Assembly (NCBI RefSeq): GCF_026210795.1
Contig: NC_089429.1
Coordinates: 1,798,001-1,862,000 of the forward strand
Origin: Rhizophagus irregularis
Taxonomy: Eukaryota
DNA: 64,000 bases
Direction: 5' to 3'
Shown here: positions 1-12,783 of the stretch, in pieces
Layout: every line of letters starts with the position of its first letter
Position numbering within the stretch: position 1 is the stretch's first letter
Notes under the pieces: model-generated
Told to the model about the DNA's origin: nothing
What the model saw: only the letters and a program-made list of their open reading frames with translations
Database searches by the model: none
Program-made: the position numbers and the translations under genes

Positions 1-2279
1 TCAACGTAATAATATCATCATCAATAAATTTCAATGGTTGGTAAAATCAAATGTACTATATTAATTCATTATAAATCAATATAAGCCTAAATTATAAGTA
101 AAACCGTTATAACAGCTATTTTCATCGAAAATTATTTATCTGTTATTGATAAAAAATGAAAAAAAAAATCGTAATGTTAACTTTTAAATAAAATTTGATT
201 ATTACAATAAATACTTCATGAGACTTTTATTCAATAACAACTTCAATAAATAATTTCAAAATATTGTAGTTAATTATTATGTTAGTATATATTGTATGAA
301 GGTTTGATAAAAAAAAAAAAGAATTTCTAATTCTTTTATTTTAAAATACGCTTCACAGTTAAGTAAAATTTTTCTCAAATAATTAAATCCTCAAATTTTT
401 TTAATTTTTTTTCATTACCCATATTAGGCTATAACAGCTATTAATTCCTTCATAATTTCTATAATTTGTACGAAAATAAGAAATGTCAGATGAGATGATA
501 ATCAGTTTCGAAACAATATTTTTTTTGTACGAAGTTTATATTGTACAATTACTAAATTAATAATGGCGTTTGCCTGTTTGTCTAAAAAAAATTTTTTTAT
601 TTGTAGCATTTCATTATTTGTGTAATAGTTAATGTGGTATCACAACTGTCACATAATAAAAGGTCAATCAGCGGGTTTAGCGGTTACACCATTTTTTCGA
701 TTGTTTACAAATTATTAAACACACTTCATAATAATTATGTCCACTATTCGAAGAGAACTAATAAGTGCAGCACTTAATAGAGCATTTACATCTCTTGACT
801 ATAGCATGATCAATAACTTTCATGAAGATTATGAATTTAGGAAACAAATACTTCTTGCTGATAATTCTCTTACAGAAGAGGAAAAAACTGAAGCAATAAG
901 ATTAAATAATAGAGATTATGATCGAGATAAAATTAAGTATAATTCAGGGACAAGAAGAGTTTGTGAAAATTGTAACCAAAAATGTTTAGCTACATTATAT
1001 TGTGAATTTTGTGTTCAAAATTATTTAAAAGTTAATTTATCAAATTGGACATCTGGAAATAATGATATTGATAATTTAATAAAAAATTGTCAAATGGAAA
1101 CACTTAGACCAAATGTTATTATTGAATGGATCCCATATAATAATTTACAAAATATTGAATATCTAACAAGAGGCGGTTTCTCTAAAATTTATATAGCAGA
1201 TTGGATTTATGGAAGATATGAAGAATGGGATTCTAAAGAACGAAAATTAATAAGATTTGGAACAATTAAAGTAATACTTAAACAATTAGAAAATGTTGAA
1301 AATGCAAGTCAAAGTTGGTTTGAAGAGGTTTGTAATCTAAAAAAATTTGATATTTTCTCTATTTATAAGAAACTAAAATTTAAAATCATCCTTTATATAT
1401 AGGCTAAATCACATTTAACAATAAGTAACAAATATGCTGAGATTGTTCAATGTTTTGGTTTAACACAAAATCCATCAAATGGAAATTATATGCTTGTTAT
1501 AAGGAAATGTGATGTAAATTTAAGAGAATATTTACAACAAAATCATAATCAACTTATATGGAATGAAAGAATTAAAATTACTTTTTTAATAATTAATGCA
1601 CTTTATAATATTCATGAAGAAAATTCAATTCATAGAGATTTGCATTCTGGAAATATATTATATTCACAGTTTAATAATTCCTGGCGTATTAGTGATCTTG
1701 GATTTTGTGGTCCTGCAAATAGATCATCAACAAGCATTTATGGAAATCTTCCTTACATAGCTCCTGAAGTTATTAATGGAAAAGGCTATACTTTTAAATC
1801 TGATATTTATAGTATTGCAATGCTTATGTGGGAAATTTCATTTGGACAGCCTCCATTTATGAATTATGAACATGATTGTATTTTTGCAATTAATATCATT
1901 GATGGTATAAGACCAAAAATTATATCAGAAATTCCTTCCGAATTTAAAAGTCTAATGGAATAATGTTGGGATGCTAATCCATTAAAAAGGCCTGATATTA
2001 ACACACTTTGTAATAAGATGAATGAAATTATGTCATATTATCGAAATAAACCTGATGAACTACCTCAAACAATAATACAAGTAGACAAAAAAACAAGCAG
2101 TATTATGAGTAGTAAAATATTTGCAAGTAAAATTCATAGTTTTGAAAATCTACCTGAACCAAAAAATGCAACAGAAGGTAAAGTAATTATTTTAATAATT
2201 ATTTGCCATTTAATACTTTCGTTTCTATTTTTAATAATATCATCTTTTCTAATTTGTGAAATAACAGAAGAACAAGAAG

Positions 2280-5200
2280 CACTGGTCGAAGTGGGATGAT
2301 TTGCATGAAGTTTATTGCCCATAAATAGCTTATAAATTTGGTGATCTCAATTACGATTAGGAAATCTCCATCAAATTTAATTTATAGATTGAAACAGTAA
2401 AATTTATTGTAAATTTTATGATTTTAAAATTAATTCGCTAATTTATAATGTATAAATTCTGAATAAATTTTAATTAAATTTAATATCAATGTATATTACA
2501 CATATTATAGCTTGAAATTTACTTGAAATATGATATTTAATTTGCGACAAGCCATCTACTTAAATTTTGCTATTACTTAAACAAAGTTTTATATCATTGC
2601 AAAATAACAAAAATAGCAGAGATAAATCATAAACTTCGTAGCCACGCTCAATTAAGGCAATGTATTACTGGACCTACACTAAAGATGACTTTAGCAAGGC
2701 TTTCTTTATGAATTAAAAGAAATTTCATACACTTTGCCAGCTGGTGAGAAAGCTTATGAACTCTGATAATTTCAAGTCAATTATACTAAAAAACCCAGAA
2801 TATAAATTTTTCTAGGATTTTTTTTTATATTAGATTGGTATAGTATAATGAATAGATATAAAAATTTTTTTGGAATTTTTTTAATAATAGATTGGTATAA
2901 ATATATTTTGAGATTTTTTTTAACAATAGAGTCAATAGAATAATGGATAGATATAAAAAGTTTGCTGGAATTTTTTAATACAATAAGTTGTTTTGCAAGA
3001 AATAATAACTAATTTGTCTGTTTATTATTTTGAAGAGTATAAAAGAAAAAATGCAAAGAAATTAAAAAAAAATTGATTAAAAATAGTTAAAATAGTTTAA
3101 CGGCTTTAACGCGTCCATCGCATCCTACATAAAATTAATGTCACGTGTATCACGTGATATAATGAAACTGATAGGCGCAGTTCAATGATAATCTTTAAAA
3201 AAAAGTTTACATTCTTGTCCTTCTTTCCCATAATTCCTTTCCCTCTTTCTCGTTCATTAATTTCTTTTTCACAACAGTAACATCAACAAGCTATTGATAT
3301 AAACAACTGACAAAAAATTAAAGGAATGAACAATGTTCCCAATGGTTTGAAGTTGAGGTTCAATTGAGAACGAACTGAACATTTCCACAAGTTAGTGCTC
3401 TCTTAGGTGATTTCTGATTTCTTTTTTATTTTTATCGATTATTAGATTTTTTTTTTGTTTTATTAACTAATAAATTTTCTTTTTTTCTTTTTATTTTTCA
3501 TAAAAATTTTTCCAAGCCTATGATAGCTGGACTTTGGAAATTAGTTTATAAACCATTGATTAGGCTACTGAAGAAAACAAAAGTAAAAATTATACTTTAC
3601 AAAAAACAAGAATCGGAAAACTAAAATAAACAGTAAGTTATTAATTTTGTTTTAATAGTTTATCATTAAGTGTTAGGAATGAATTTTCTTTTTTATTTCC
3701 TTCTTTTTTTGGTAGGTAATATTCTCTGGAGGAACTTTTGGATGGTAAGTAAATTTTTTGGGGAAGAGTTTCGCCATTATCTATGAGGAATGTATTAAAT
3801 TTTCCTTTTTTATTTTTTGTAGGTAATAACTTTCTCTGTGGAAGACTTTTGGATGGTGAGTTATTTCTTTTGAGAGGATTTCGTCATTTATCTATAAGAA
3901 ATGTCTGACACTTCTTTTTTTAATCTTTATAGGTTCTGTATTTCCAGACTCCAGTAAGCTATTTGAGTTCGGAATTGACTTTAAGAAACCTACTTTAAAA
4001 GAATTTTATTAATGAAACTTTTCTTTTTTTTATTTTTTAGCCTTAGGTTAATGTATTCTTTTAGATGACTGATATGGTACTTCGGATCTTTGAAGCAGAA
4101 TTTTGACAAGGGAAGACAAAGAAGTTTTTCACTTATTTTTAATGCTAGATTTTTTTGATACATGGACTTCTGGTAATTCTTTTTTAAAGTTCTTTTTTTT
4201 TAATTTAACGAAAGAAAAAGTGACTTTTAAATTATTCTAACAAAATTTTTTAAACTTTTTATTTTAACATAACATTAACTTAATGACTTCATTTTTCGTT
4301 ATTATTTAGATAAATCTTCAGCTTGCTCTTTGGATGCTGGTTTTGGTAAGATATTTTTTACTTTAATGTTAACAAACAATTACTAACTTTTTTTTCTTTT
4401 ATACTGTAGACAACTTGCTCTTTGGCTTCCAGGAATATCTTTGAACACAAATTTCGTAAGTTCAATTTTTTCTTTAATTTTTTCTTTTAACAACCGAATG
4501 ATCACTAATATTCATCATCTTTCTTTTTTCAGATGGTTGGTTCTTTGACTCTTTAAATGCATGAAAAACTTGATAAGATTTTGTTTCTAATTATGCATTT
4601 CAATGAAATGTTTTTACTAATGTTTAATTTTCTCTTTTTTTAGATGGTCTAGAATGTTTAGGAATCTTGTAAAAAAAAGGGGTTTAAGGTTAGAGATCAT
4701 AGGCTTTCTCACCAGCTGGCAAAGTGTATGAAATTTCTTTAATTCACAAAGAAAGCCTTACTAAAGTCATCTTTAGTGTAGGTCTAGTAATACATTGCCT
4801 TAATTGAGCGTGGCTACGAAGTTTATGATTCTTTAATAGGACTTTTGTCAAGTATCTTATTATACAACATTTTGTTTTATTAATTTTACAATGCATTTAA
4901 AGTGTTAGCGAAGTTTCTTTATAATATACATAAAATTTATATAGAATTTATAATAATTTATTGTATTTATTGTTAATATTTTAGCTATATATTTGCAAAT
5001 ATGAGCAGAATTTCTTTAACATTTCTTTATAATGCAAACAATTTCATTTTAATATGTTGTAAATTTAAATGATGTATAAATATGTTTTATTGCAATTTAA
5101 AATACATTTATATAATGGAAACTTGCAAATTTCAAAAGATATATACACTTCATGGAAATTGGACAAGTTTACAACTAATTTCTGTGACATACATTTTAAT

Positions 5201-5301
5201 CGGATTCAATTGAAATTACTAGTAAATCAATATGAAATGTGACGTGTGCGTAAAATTTCTCTGATGTAAATATATTGCACATCACCCCACTTTGACCAGT
5301 G
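2280..5301. mobile_element. Non-autonomous CACTA/CMC-type DNA transposon (CACTG termini, 3-bp TSD)
   Basis: Left end CACTGGTCGAAGTGGGATGATTTGCA (from 2280) vs reverse complement of right end CACTGGTCAAAGTGGGGTGATGTGCA (to 5301): 26 bp, 3 mismatches. AAG is duplicated at 2277-2279 and 5302-5304. Removing the element restores the exon/GT donor junction. No transposase ORF inside. Confidence 0.88.
2625..4830. repeat. Pair of ~140-bp inverted repeats nested in the CACTG element (2625-2764 and 4692-4830)
   Basis: aatcataaacttcgtagccacgctcaattaaggcaatg...gccagctggtgagaaagc at 2625 matches the reverse complement of 4692-4830 with few mismatches. No clear TSD. Confidence 0.85.
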
Positions 5302-6737
5302 AAGGTAATATAAAATTGATTTTTTTAGCTTTATTTATAAAATCTTCAATATAAAAAATATAAAAGGCCATTTTTTTTAATAGCATTTCATAGTAAATCA
5401 TATGATTTTAGTGTTCCTTATAATAGTAAGTAATTATTAAAGTTATATTAAATATTTGCATCGCTTAATAATAATTGTTTATTGTTTTTATTTTTAGTTG
5501 ATGATTTTGGCAAATCAAGTAATCGGAATACATCAAACATAAGTAATATTATCAAAGGTAATTTATTATTAATTTTAAAAAAGAATAAAATGAATATTAT
5601 ATAAAAAATTTACCAATTGATATTTTAAATTTTAGATAGTAGCAAAAAATTATCCAAAGTATTTAAAAAATTTCAAAGAATGGCAAGTAAAAATTTAATA
5701 AATTAATTCTAATTTAATTTAATAATAAAATAACATTTATTAAATTTGATTTGTTATAATAATTTTAATAATCACAGATAATCATAATAAAAAACATTGC
5801 TAACACAAAATCTTAATAATGAAGGTAAGCAAATTATCTATTGAGCTCCTTTTTAGATAATAAATTAACATTTTTTACCTTTGTTTCTATAGATGAAGAT
5901 GAAGTATATAATAATCCAATTCTTCATTCAGAGGAACAAGATGAATTTGAAATTCCTGATGGTTCGTCTATTCTTTCTATTCTTTAATATAAAATAATAA
6001 AATTTTTTATTTATTAATTAATTTATTTTGATAAGAATATCAGTCAATTATTGAATTATTTAAACACCAAGATTATATTATTAGGTAGTTTCTTAGTTTG
6101 TAATTTAAATAATTCTTTTTTTTTTGTATATGTATTAGAACTTATTCATTTATTAAATAAAAATACAAATTTATTATATATTATATACTACAAAATATTA
6201 TATGAACGTCGTATGATAAATTAATTTTAAGTATTAATATGCTATTTACTTAATAAGTATTTTAATTAAAAAAAATTGATAATCTAACAAATAATATAAA
6301 TTACTCATTCATTTCTAAAACATTTTCGCATCTTTTGCATAATTCACTTTCTGTGTGTGCATTATAATTCCAACATCTATAAATAAAGAAGCCCTTTTAA
6401 TTATAATCTTACAAATCCTATCAGATAAATCAACTTCATTAGTATATATCAAAGTATTATTTGAACAATTCTCAATCATTTCCGAAGACGAAGATATTGC
6501 TGCATTTGAAGTTGTAAAAAATAGATGGCTATCCACATCAGAGAAGATATTCTTAGTTTATTATTCCTCCATGTTCAAGATTATTTAATCAAAACAAAAG
6601 GAGACATAAAGAAAAGAGGTATCGGGTGAAAGAAAATATTCTTCAACCTTACAAAGTTTCAGAATGCCAGAAAAGGGAATTTATAATGAATATATTTTCC
6701 ATAAAGTAGTAATAAAATTTGAACCCTAAAAGAAAGC

Positions 6738-7800
6738 CTAATAAAGAGAAGACCTAGGCAGAGGAGATAAACCTAAAAAAAAAGATGAAAAAAAAATAAG
6801 ATGAACACTTCCAACCCACATACTACTTAAAGGAGGACGTAAAGAAAAAGGCCTAAAAAAAGACCTAATGAAGAGAAGACCTAGACAGAGAGAGGATAAA
6901 TCTAAAAAAAAAGATGACAAAAAAAAAAAATGATAAAACACCACACTCCCAAACCCACACTCCCACGCACCACACACTCCCACGCACCACTCCCAACCCA
7001 CACTCCCTCACTCCCTCACTCCACACTCCTACACTCCCCAACCCATACTCCCAACCCATATACCTAAAGGAGGATGTAAAGAAAAAGGCCTAAAAAAAGG
7101 CCTAATGAAGAGAAGACCTAGACAGAGAGAAGATAGAACTAAAAAAAAGTTGACGAAAAAAAATTAAATAAAACACCACACTCCCAAACCCACACTCCCA
7201 CGCACCACACACTCCCACGCACCACTCCCAACCCACACTCCCTCACTCCCTCACTCCACACTCCTACACTCCCCAACCCATACTCCCAACCCATATACCT
7301 AAAGGAGGATGTAAAGAAAAAGGCCTAAAAAAAGGCCTAATGAAGAGAAGACCTAGACAGAGAGAAGATAGAACTAAAAAAAAGTTGACGAAAAAAAATT
7401 AAATAAAACACCACACTCCCAAACCCACACTCCCACACACCACTCCCACACTCCCAACCCACACTTTCAACCCACATACCTAAAGGAGGAAGAAAAGGCC
7501 TAAAAAAGACCTAATAAAGAGAAGACCTAGACAGAGAGAAGATAGTCCTAAAAAAAAAAAGATGACGAAAAAATTAAAATAAAACACCACACACCCAAAC
7601 CCACCACGCTCCCACACTCACAACACTCACAACCCACACTCCTACACTCCCAACACTCCCAACACTCCCAACCCACACTCCCACACTCCCACACTCCCAA
7701 CCCACATACCTAAAGGAGGACGCAAAGAAAAAGGCCTGAAAGAAAACCTAATGAAGAGAAGACCTAGACAGAGAGAAGATAGACCTAAAAAAAAAGATGA
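6738..7800 (-). repeat. Tandem array of ~6 units (127-237 bp) with variable CCCACACT/ACTCCC micro-repeat tracts
   Basis: Conserved block ctaat(a/g)aagagaagacctag starts at ~6738, 6865, 7102, 7337, 7511 and 7747. Units differ mainly in the number of C/A-rich micro-repeats. Confidence 0.9.
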
Positions 7801-7899
7801 CAAAACAGTATATATTGTGTGTATATGTATATATAATATTGTTACTGAACTAGGAAAGAATAGCAGATAATCGCTTTATTAATTATTTTTATTTATCTA

Positions 7900-8850
7900 C
7901 AGTGGCCTACAAAAAGTCAGTGAGTACCTGTAAAATACAATAATCATTATGCAAATATGCTCTAATGTAAAGTTTTTTTTTTATTAATTGACCCACCTTT
8001 TGTATTATAAGTAAAGTTGATCACCAAGTTGAATTACACCTACTCTGAAAATTACACGAACTTCTAATTAAAATTGATTTTTGTATTTAAAATTTATTGG
8101 AAAAAAATTAGATTTTTAATAGAAATCTTTTAGTATTAATACAACGATAAACTAACTTATTTGATCATATTTTATTTTTTAAATAAATTATTTTCCATAA
8201 TTTATAACATTATATGAAGTATCTATCATCAGTATTAACGCAATGATCAGCAAGTTACAACATTTTTACTGGCATTTGCCGATCATTTGTAGATCACTAC
8301 CAGATTATTTACCGGAATTTAGCAAAACTAGTGCATTAAATTTAGCCAAATTTTTTTTGTATGAATGTTGGAAATTTTGACTATTTGTTTCTAACTTTTT
8401 TATTATAATCATAATATAAGATCATGATTTATTCTTTATTTAACAATTTACAAATAATTAATAGATGCCAAATATCTTTGCCAAACGTGTGTAACTTGCT
8501 AATTATTTTGTTAATGTTGATGATACTTCGTGATCATTATGCTGTAAATTATGACAAATAATTTTATTAAAAAAAAATTAAGTGTTTTAAAGCAAATATT
8601 TTAATGCTAAATTATTACCATAGATTTCCATTAAAATATCTAAATATTTTAATAAATTTCAAAATATAACAATTAATTTTAATCAGAAATTCATGTAATT
8701 TTCAGAGTAAGCATAATTCAACTTGGTAATCAACTTAACTTATAATACAAAAGGTGAGTCAATTAATAAAAAAAAAACTTTACATTGGAGCATATTTGTG
8801 TAATGATTATTATATTTTACGGGTACTCACTGACTTTTTGTAGGCCACTG
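7900..8850. mobile_element. Tc1/mariner-type MITE / fold-back element with TA TSD
   Basis: TA|CAGTGGCCTACAAAAAGTCAGTGAGTAC ... GTACTCACTGACTTTTTGTAGGCCACTG|TA (TA at 7898-7899 and 8851-8852). Inverted similarity continues inward for roughly 350-370 bp per arm. Confidence 0.92.
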
Positions 8851-10949
8851 TATAAGGCGTGGCTATATACAAATCACGTGATATAATCTTATATTTACTA
8901 AGGAGTGAATAAATTATAATCCCGTCTCGCGTCCCATTCAAAATTCCTAATAAGCATATTAAAAAATAAAAAATTTTTATTGAAAAGCAAGAAAAAAAAT
9001 ATTTTAGATCATGTAATAATGTTATAACAATTAATATTTTTATTGGTATGTAATAATTTGTATGTTTCACAAGAATTAACGTTTTTTTATTTGTAAAAAT
9101 TAAAATTTTTTATATTAATAATTTTAATAATTTTAATAATTTTAATAATAATACTTTAATAAATTATTATTAAATGTCATTATAAATAATAGTTATGGGG
9201 TAAAATATCGGTAACCCCGAATATCAGTCCGTCAAAATCTTATTAGACTGACCAATAATATAATGATATAATTTTTTTATTTTTAATATGCTGATTAAAA
9301 TTTAATAATATTAGTGTCGGGAAATGTCGTGGCTCGTGACTTTGAATTTTTGTGAAACGTCAGGTTTATTATAATGGGATCGGGAATTCGTAGTAAATCC
9401 GTAATAAGTAAGGTACGATGTGACAAACTTTTCCAGCGTAATCATGAAAATTGGCCAGAATTATGACATTTTACACTGTCGGAATAAATATATAATAAAA
9501 ATAAAAAAGTGTAGAATGTGATGCAGCGTGATGAATAATATGAATAGCGTGATTTATTAGCGTGATTTTATTACTCAGCAATATTAAATGAGTCTAAATT
9601 CTGGCGGGTATGATCTTATGTTCTTATGTAGATGGGTTCGTAACATACCTGCTGTAAATCTTGAAGTAATACAAAAAATTTTTTAAAATTGTTTTGGCCT
9701 GATTTGATTTGATTTCATTATGGTCTGAAATAATTATCGTACCGTAAAATTTTTAAGTGTACCTGATAAAAAAATACATAACAGCGCACTAAAATAACAA
9801 CGTAACTAAATACAGAATAACTCGAAATGAAGTTTCTCTGTTTCTGTTTGAAATTCTATTAGAGTATTTTTTCCAATAATATATACAATATTTCTTCAAC
9901 CGTAGTGTAGAAATCACTATTACGGCATTAACTTTTACCATTTTTCATAGTATTTATAGTATTTCCCAAGGGTAGTACAATTTATTATTATTATATTATT
10001 CACATATTTACTAAAATATTCCGGTTGAATAATATATATATATATATATAACAAGCTTTGTCTACAAGTACTAATATATCTAAATTGGAAATCGGAACCT
10101 TAAATTGTGATCAGTTAACACAGTTAACAATTTCCTACTATAATTGTACGCGACGCGTAACAGTCGTAGACTCATGATCATACGATCAATATATCCTCTT
10201 TCACTCATTCACTTGTCCTTTTTCCTTCTGCTTTTTGCTCACCTTTTCCCACTTTTGTCTGGATACCTCTTGGACAGAATTTCGAGATATATATATATGT
10301 ATAAGGTAAACTTACGAAATTCTGTTTTTTTTGTTTTTATTTATTTAGCAAAACGTTTACTAACGTTTCAGCTTTCTCTTTTGTAGGTTCTGGACGTTTC
10401 ATTTTGTCGTCTCTCCCCCTTCCTCTAGCCCATAATCAATTTTTATAACTTTCCTTTTCACCGTCTGTATATGGAAATATTTAAGTAGACTTCTAGGTAT
10501 TTTGTTGGGACCATATTAACTTTTTTTTGCAACACATTTCTTTTATTAAAATTAGTAAGAGTACATATATATAATATTTAGAATACTTAGAGATGCCAAC
10601 CAAATAAATAAACCTCGTTCTCTCTAGTCCTATGAAAAAACCGTATCTGGAGGAAGTGTGTGATCAACCAGACAAAATTACCAAACGGTCTACTCGCCCA
10701 GTTTTATCCCTCCTCTTTCCCATGGCCTTCCCTACAAAATGTAAATTAGTAAGTTTGTGAATTCTAAACTAATCAAGAACCCCTATGTTAAACACTAAGC
10801 TAAAAGCAAACGCGAGGGTCGTCAGTCCAAAATCCAGTCCCTCAATTCTGCATCCTAGTCATCACCATACCCCGCATAAAATTTGTTATCGGAAACTTTT
10901 TTATGTGAAATCACGTGACTTCGATTGCGAGATGCGACCCATTTATTGC

Positions 10950-11700
10950 TGTTTACTGTCTTCCTCCTTCTTTCCGTTCACCTTCCGTCTTTCTTTTCTC
11001 TTTCTCCTGCTCTCGCATCTCTCATCGCATTAATTCAAGCCACTGTATGGGCTCTCTGTCTTGGGTCTCTTTTCTCCTACCTCTTTCTCATCGGTCATAC
11101 AATTCTTCTTTGAGTCATTTTGTGAAATCGTCGTTCAACGTGGTGTATTCTTGCGAAATTTCACTTTATTCCGCTTTTATGACCTATCCTCAAGAAGTTG
11201 TTATGTTTCATAGCTCAGTCTTTCATCTGATCCAGGCTTCCTAGACCTTGTTCTTTGCTCAACGGTACAAAGTAATATGTTGCCATTCCATATCATTGGA
11301 AGTTGTTGTAAAGATCTCTTCCAGTTCTGTCAGCTTTACTTTTGCCTCTGCCATACCTTCAGATTCCTCGCTGAGCACTTGGTATCACACATACTCTATC
11401 TTTTTGGTCGCATGATAATCCTTTATGACCCCCACAACTTCTTCCGGCGCAATATTATCTTGTTTTTGAGTTTTGGTTGAGGCTTCAGCCTTAACTCTCC
11501 CGGTTTTTCATCAACCGAATCTGAATCCGAGTCTAAATCCTCTCCTAATTTCCAATTGATAATCATATCCACTATCACTTCTTCAGTTAAAGGTGTAGTT
11601 TTTTTGTATTTCTTGACCGCCATATTTGCTAACTCCATGTATATTCTATCAGGAGGTGTCAGTGGCGTAGAAATATTTGCCGAATGGTCAACTGGTGTTT
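10950..11700 (-). pseudogene. Degenerate coding relic of unknown family (probably repeat-associated)
   Basis: GC-richer, purine-rich minus strand with ORF fragment MELANMAVKKYKKTTPLTEEVIVDMIINWKLGEDLDSDSD... broken by stops. No recognisable domain. Confidence 0.35.
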
Positions 11701-11812
11701 GCGTATTAGGTGTTTTTGTCTTCTACCTTTTACCTTCTTCCAAGCCCTACCATTTCTGTATATCATTTTGAACTTCTAAATGTCTGGAAAGTAGTCTTTT
11801 GGGTATTTCGAT

Positions 11813-12783
11813 GGAGCAGCATGATGCTATACATGGGTGGGAGTATAGCGTGCTTACTTTGTAAGCCTGTGAGTACCAGCTTTTGCTGCAGTCTCATGGT
11901 AGGGCTGGTTGGGAACTTGGAGCGGTATAGTACTATGCGTGGGTTGGAGCATAGACGCTTACTTTTAGTAAGCTCGTGGGTACCAGTTTTTGCTGCAGTC
12001 CTGCGATAGGACCGAAGGTAAGTGCACTTTTTTTTGTTATTTTTCAGTTTTTTATTTTTTTTATGATTTTTTTTTATTTCTTCGTTATTTTTAGCTGGGT
12101 ATTTTATTGGAGCAGCATGATGCTATGCGTTGGGTGGGAGCATAGCATGCTTACTTTGTAAGCCTGTGAGTACCAGCTTTTGCTGCAGTCTCACAGTAGG
12201 GCTGGTTGGGAACTTGGAGCGGTATAGTACTATGCGAGGGTTAGAGCATAGACGCTTACTTTTAGTAAGCTCGTGGGTACCAGTTTTTGCTGCAGTCCTG
12301 CGATAGGACCGAAGGTAAGTGCACTTTTTTTTTATTTTTCGGTTTTTTTATTTTTTATTTTTTTATTTTTTTTTTTCTTCATTACATTTTTAGCTTTGGG
12401 TATTTCTTTTGGAGCAGCATGATGCTATGCGTTGGGTGGGAGCATAGTATGCTTACTTTGTAAGCCTGTGAGTACCAGCTTTTGCTGCAGTCTCGCAGTA
12501 GGGCTGCTGGACGAAAGGTAAGTGCACTTTTTTGTTATTTTCAGTTTTTCTTTTTATTTTTTTTATGATTTTTTTATTTCTTCATTATTATTAGCTTTGG
12601 GTATTTTTATTGGAGCAGCATGATACTATGCGTTGGGTGGGAGCATAGTGTGCTTATTTTGTAAGCCTGTGAGTACCAGCTATTGCTGCAGTCTCACAGT
12701 AGGGCTGCTGGACCAAAGGTAAGTGCACTTTTTGTTATTTTTCAGTTTTGCTTTTTATTTTTTTTATGATTTTTATTTCTTAG
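11813..12783 (+). ncRNA. Putative structured-RNA tandem array: six ~91-nt four-way-junction modules (A,B,A,B,A,A) separated by intron-like GTAAGT...TAG spacers
   Basis: Modules start at ~11817, 11923, 12113, 12220, 12415 and 12616. Stems: CAGC/GCTG (CGGT/ACCG in B), GCTATGC/GCATAGC (GCTATAC/GTATAGC in A1), GCTTAC/GTAAGC, CTGTGAG/CTCACAG, CAGC-TTTT-GCTG. Spacers at 12018-12094, 12315-12393, 12518-12594 and 12719-12783. The repeat itself is certain; RNA function is inferred. Confidence 0.6.

Larger units (their letters stand above)
737..5961 (+). pseudogene. Multi-exon protein kinase (Glomeromycotina-expanded TKL-like family), disrupted by a nonsense codon and a DNA-transposon insertion
   Basis: Exon 1 737-1327 (Cys-rich CENC/CEFC, WTSGN, GGFSKIY). 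GT-AG intron 1328-1402. Exon 2 1403-2177 (HRDLHSGN, DLG, YIAPE, DIYS) has an in-frame TAA at 1961-1963 within ...LME*CWDANPLKRP. Micro-exon 2268-2279 (EEQE) is followed by the 2280-5301 insertion. Further small exons at 5384-5425 (AFHSKSYDFSVP), 5498-5557 and ~5893-5961 (DEDEVYNNPILHSEEQDEFEIPD). 3' end approximate. Confidence 0.88.

Noticed and set aside
6940..7710. Telomeric repeat
   Set aside because: CCCACACT-type units are irregular, internal and embedded in larger units; they are not TTAGGG arrays.
6738..12161. Short ORFs over the tandem arrays (6738-7059, 11710-12161) and at 10144-11480
   Set aside because: By-products of repeats or antisense to a decayed gene. No coding signatures.
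11813..12783. CRISPR array, tRNA cluster or hammerhead/hairpin ribozyme interpretation of the repeats
   Set aside because: No unique spacers or cas genes; no TTC/T-loop or tRNA arm lengths; no CTGANGA/GAAA core; no AGAA opposite the AGTC.
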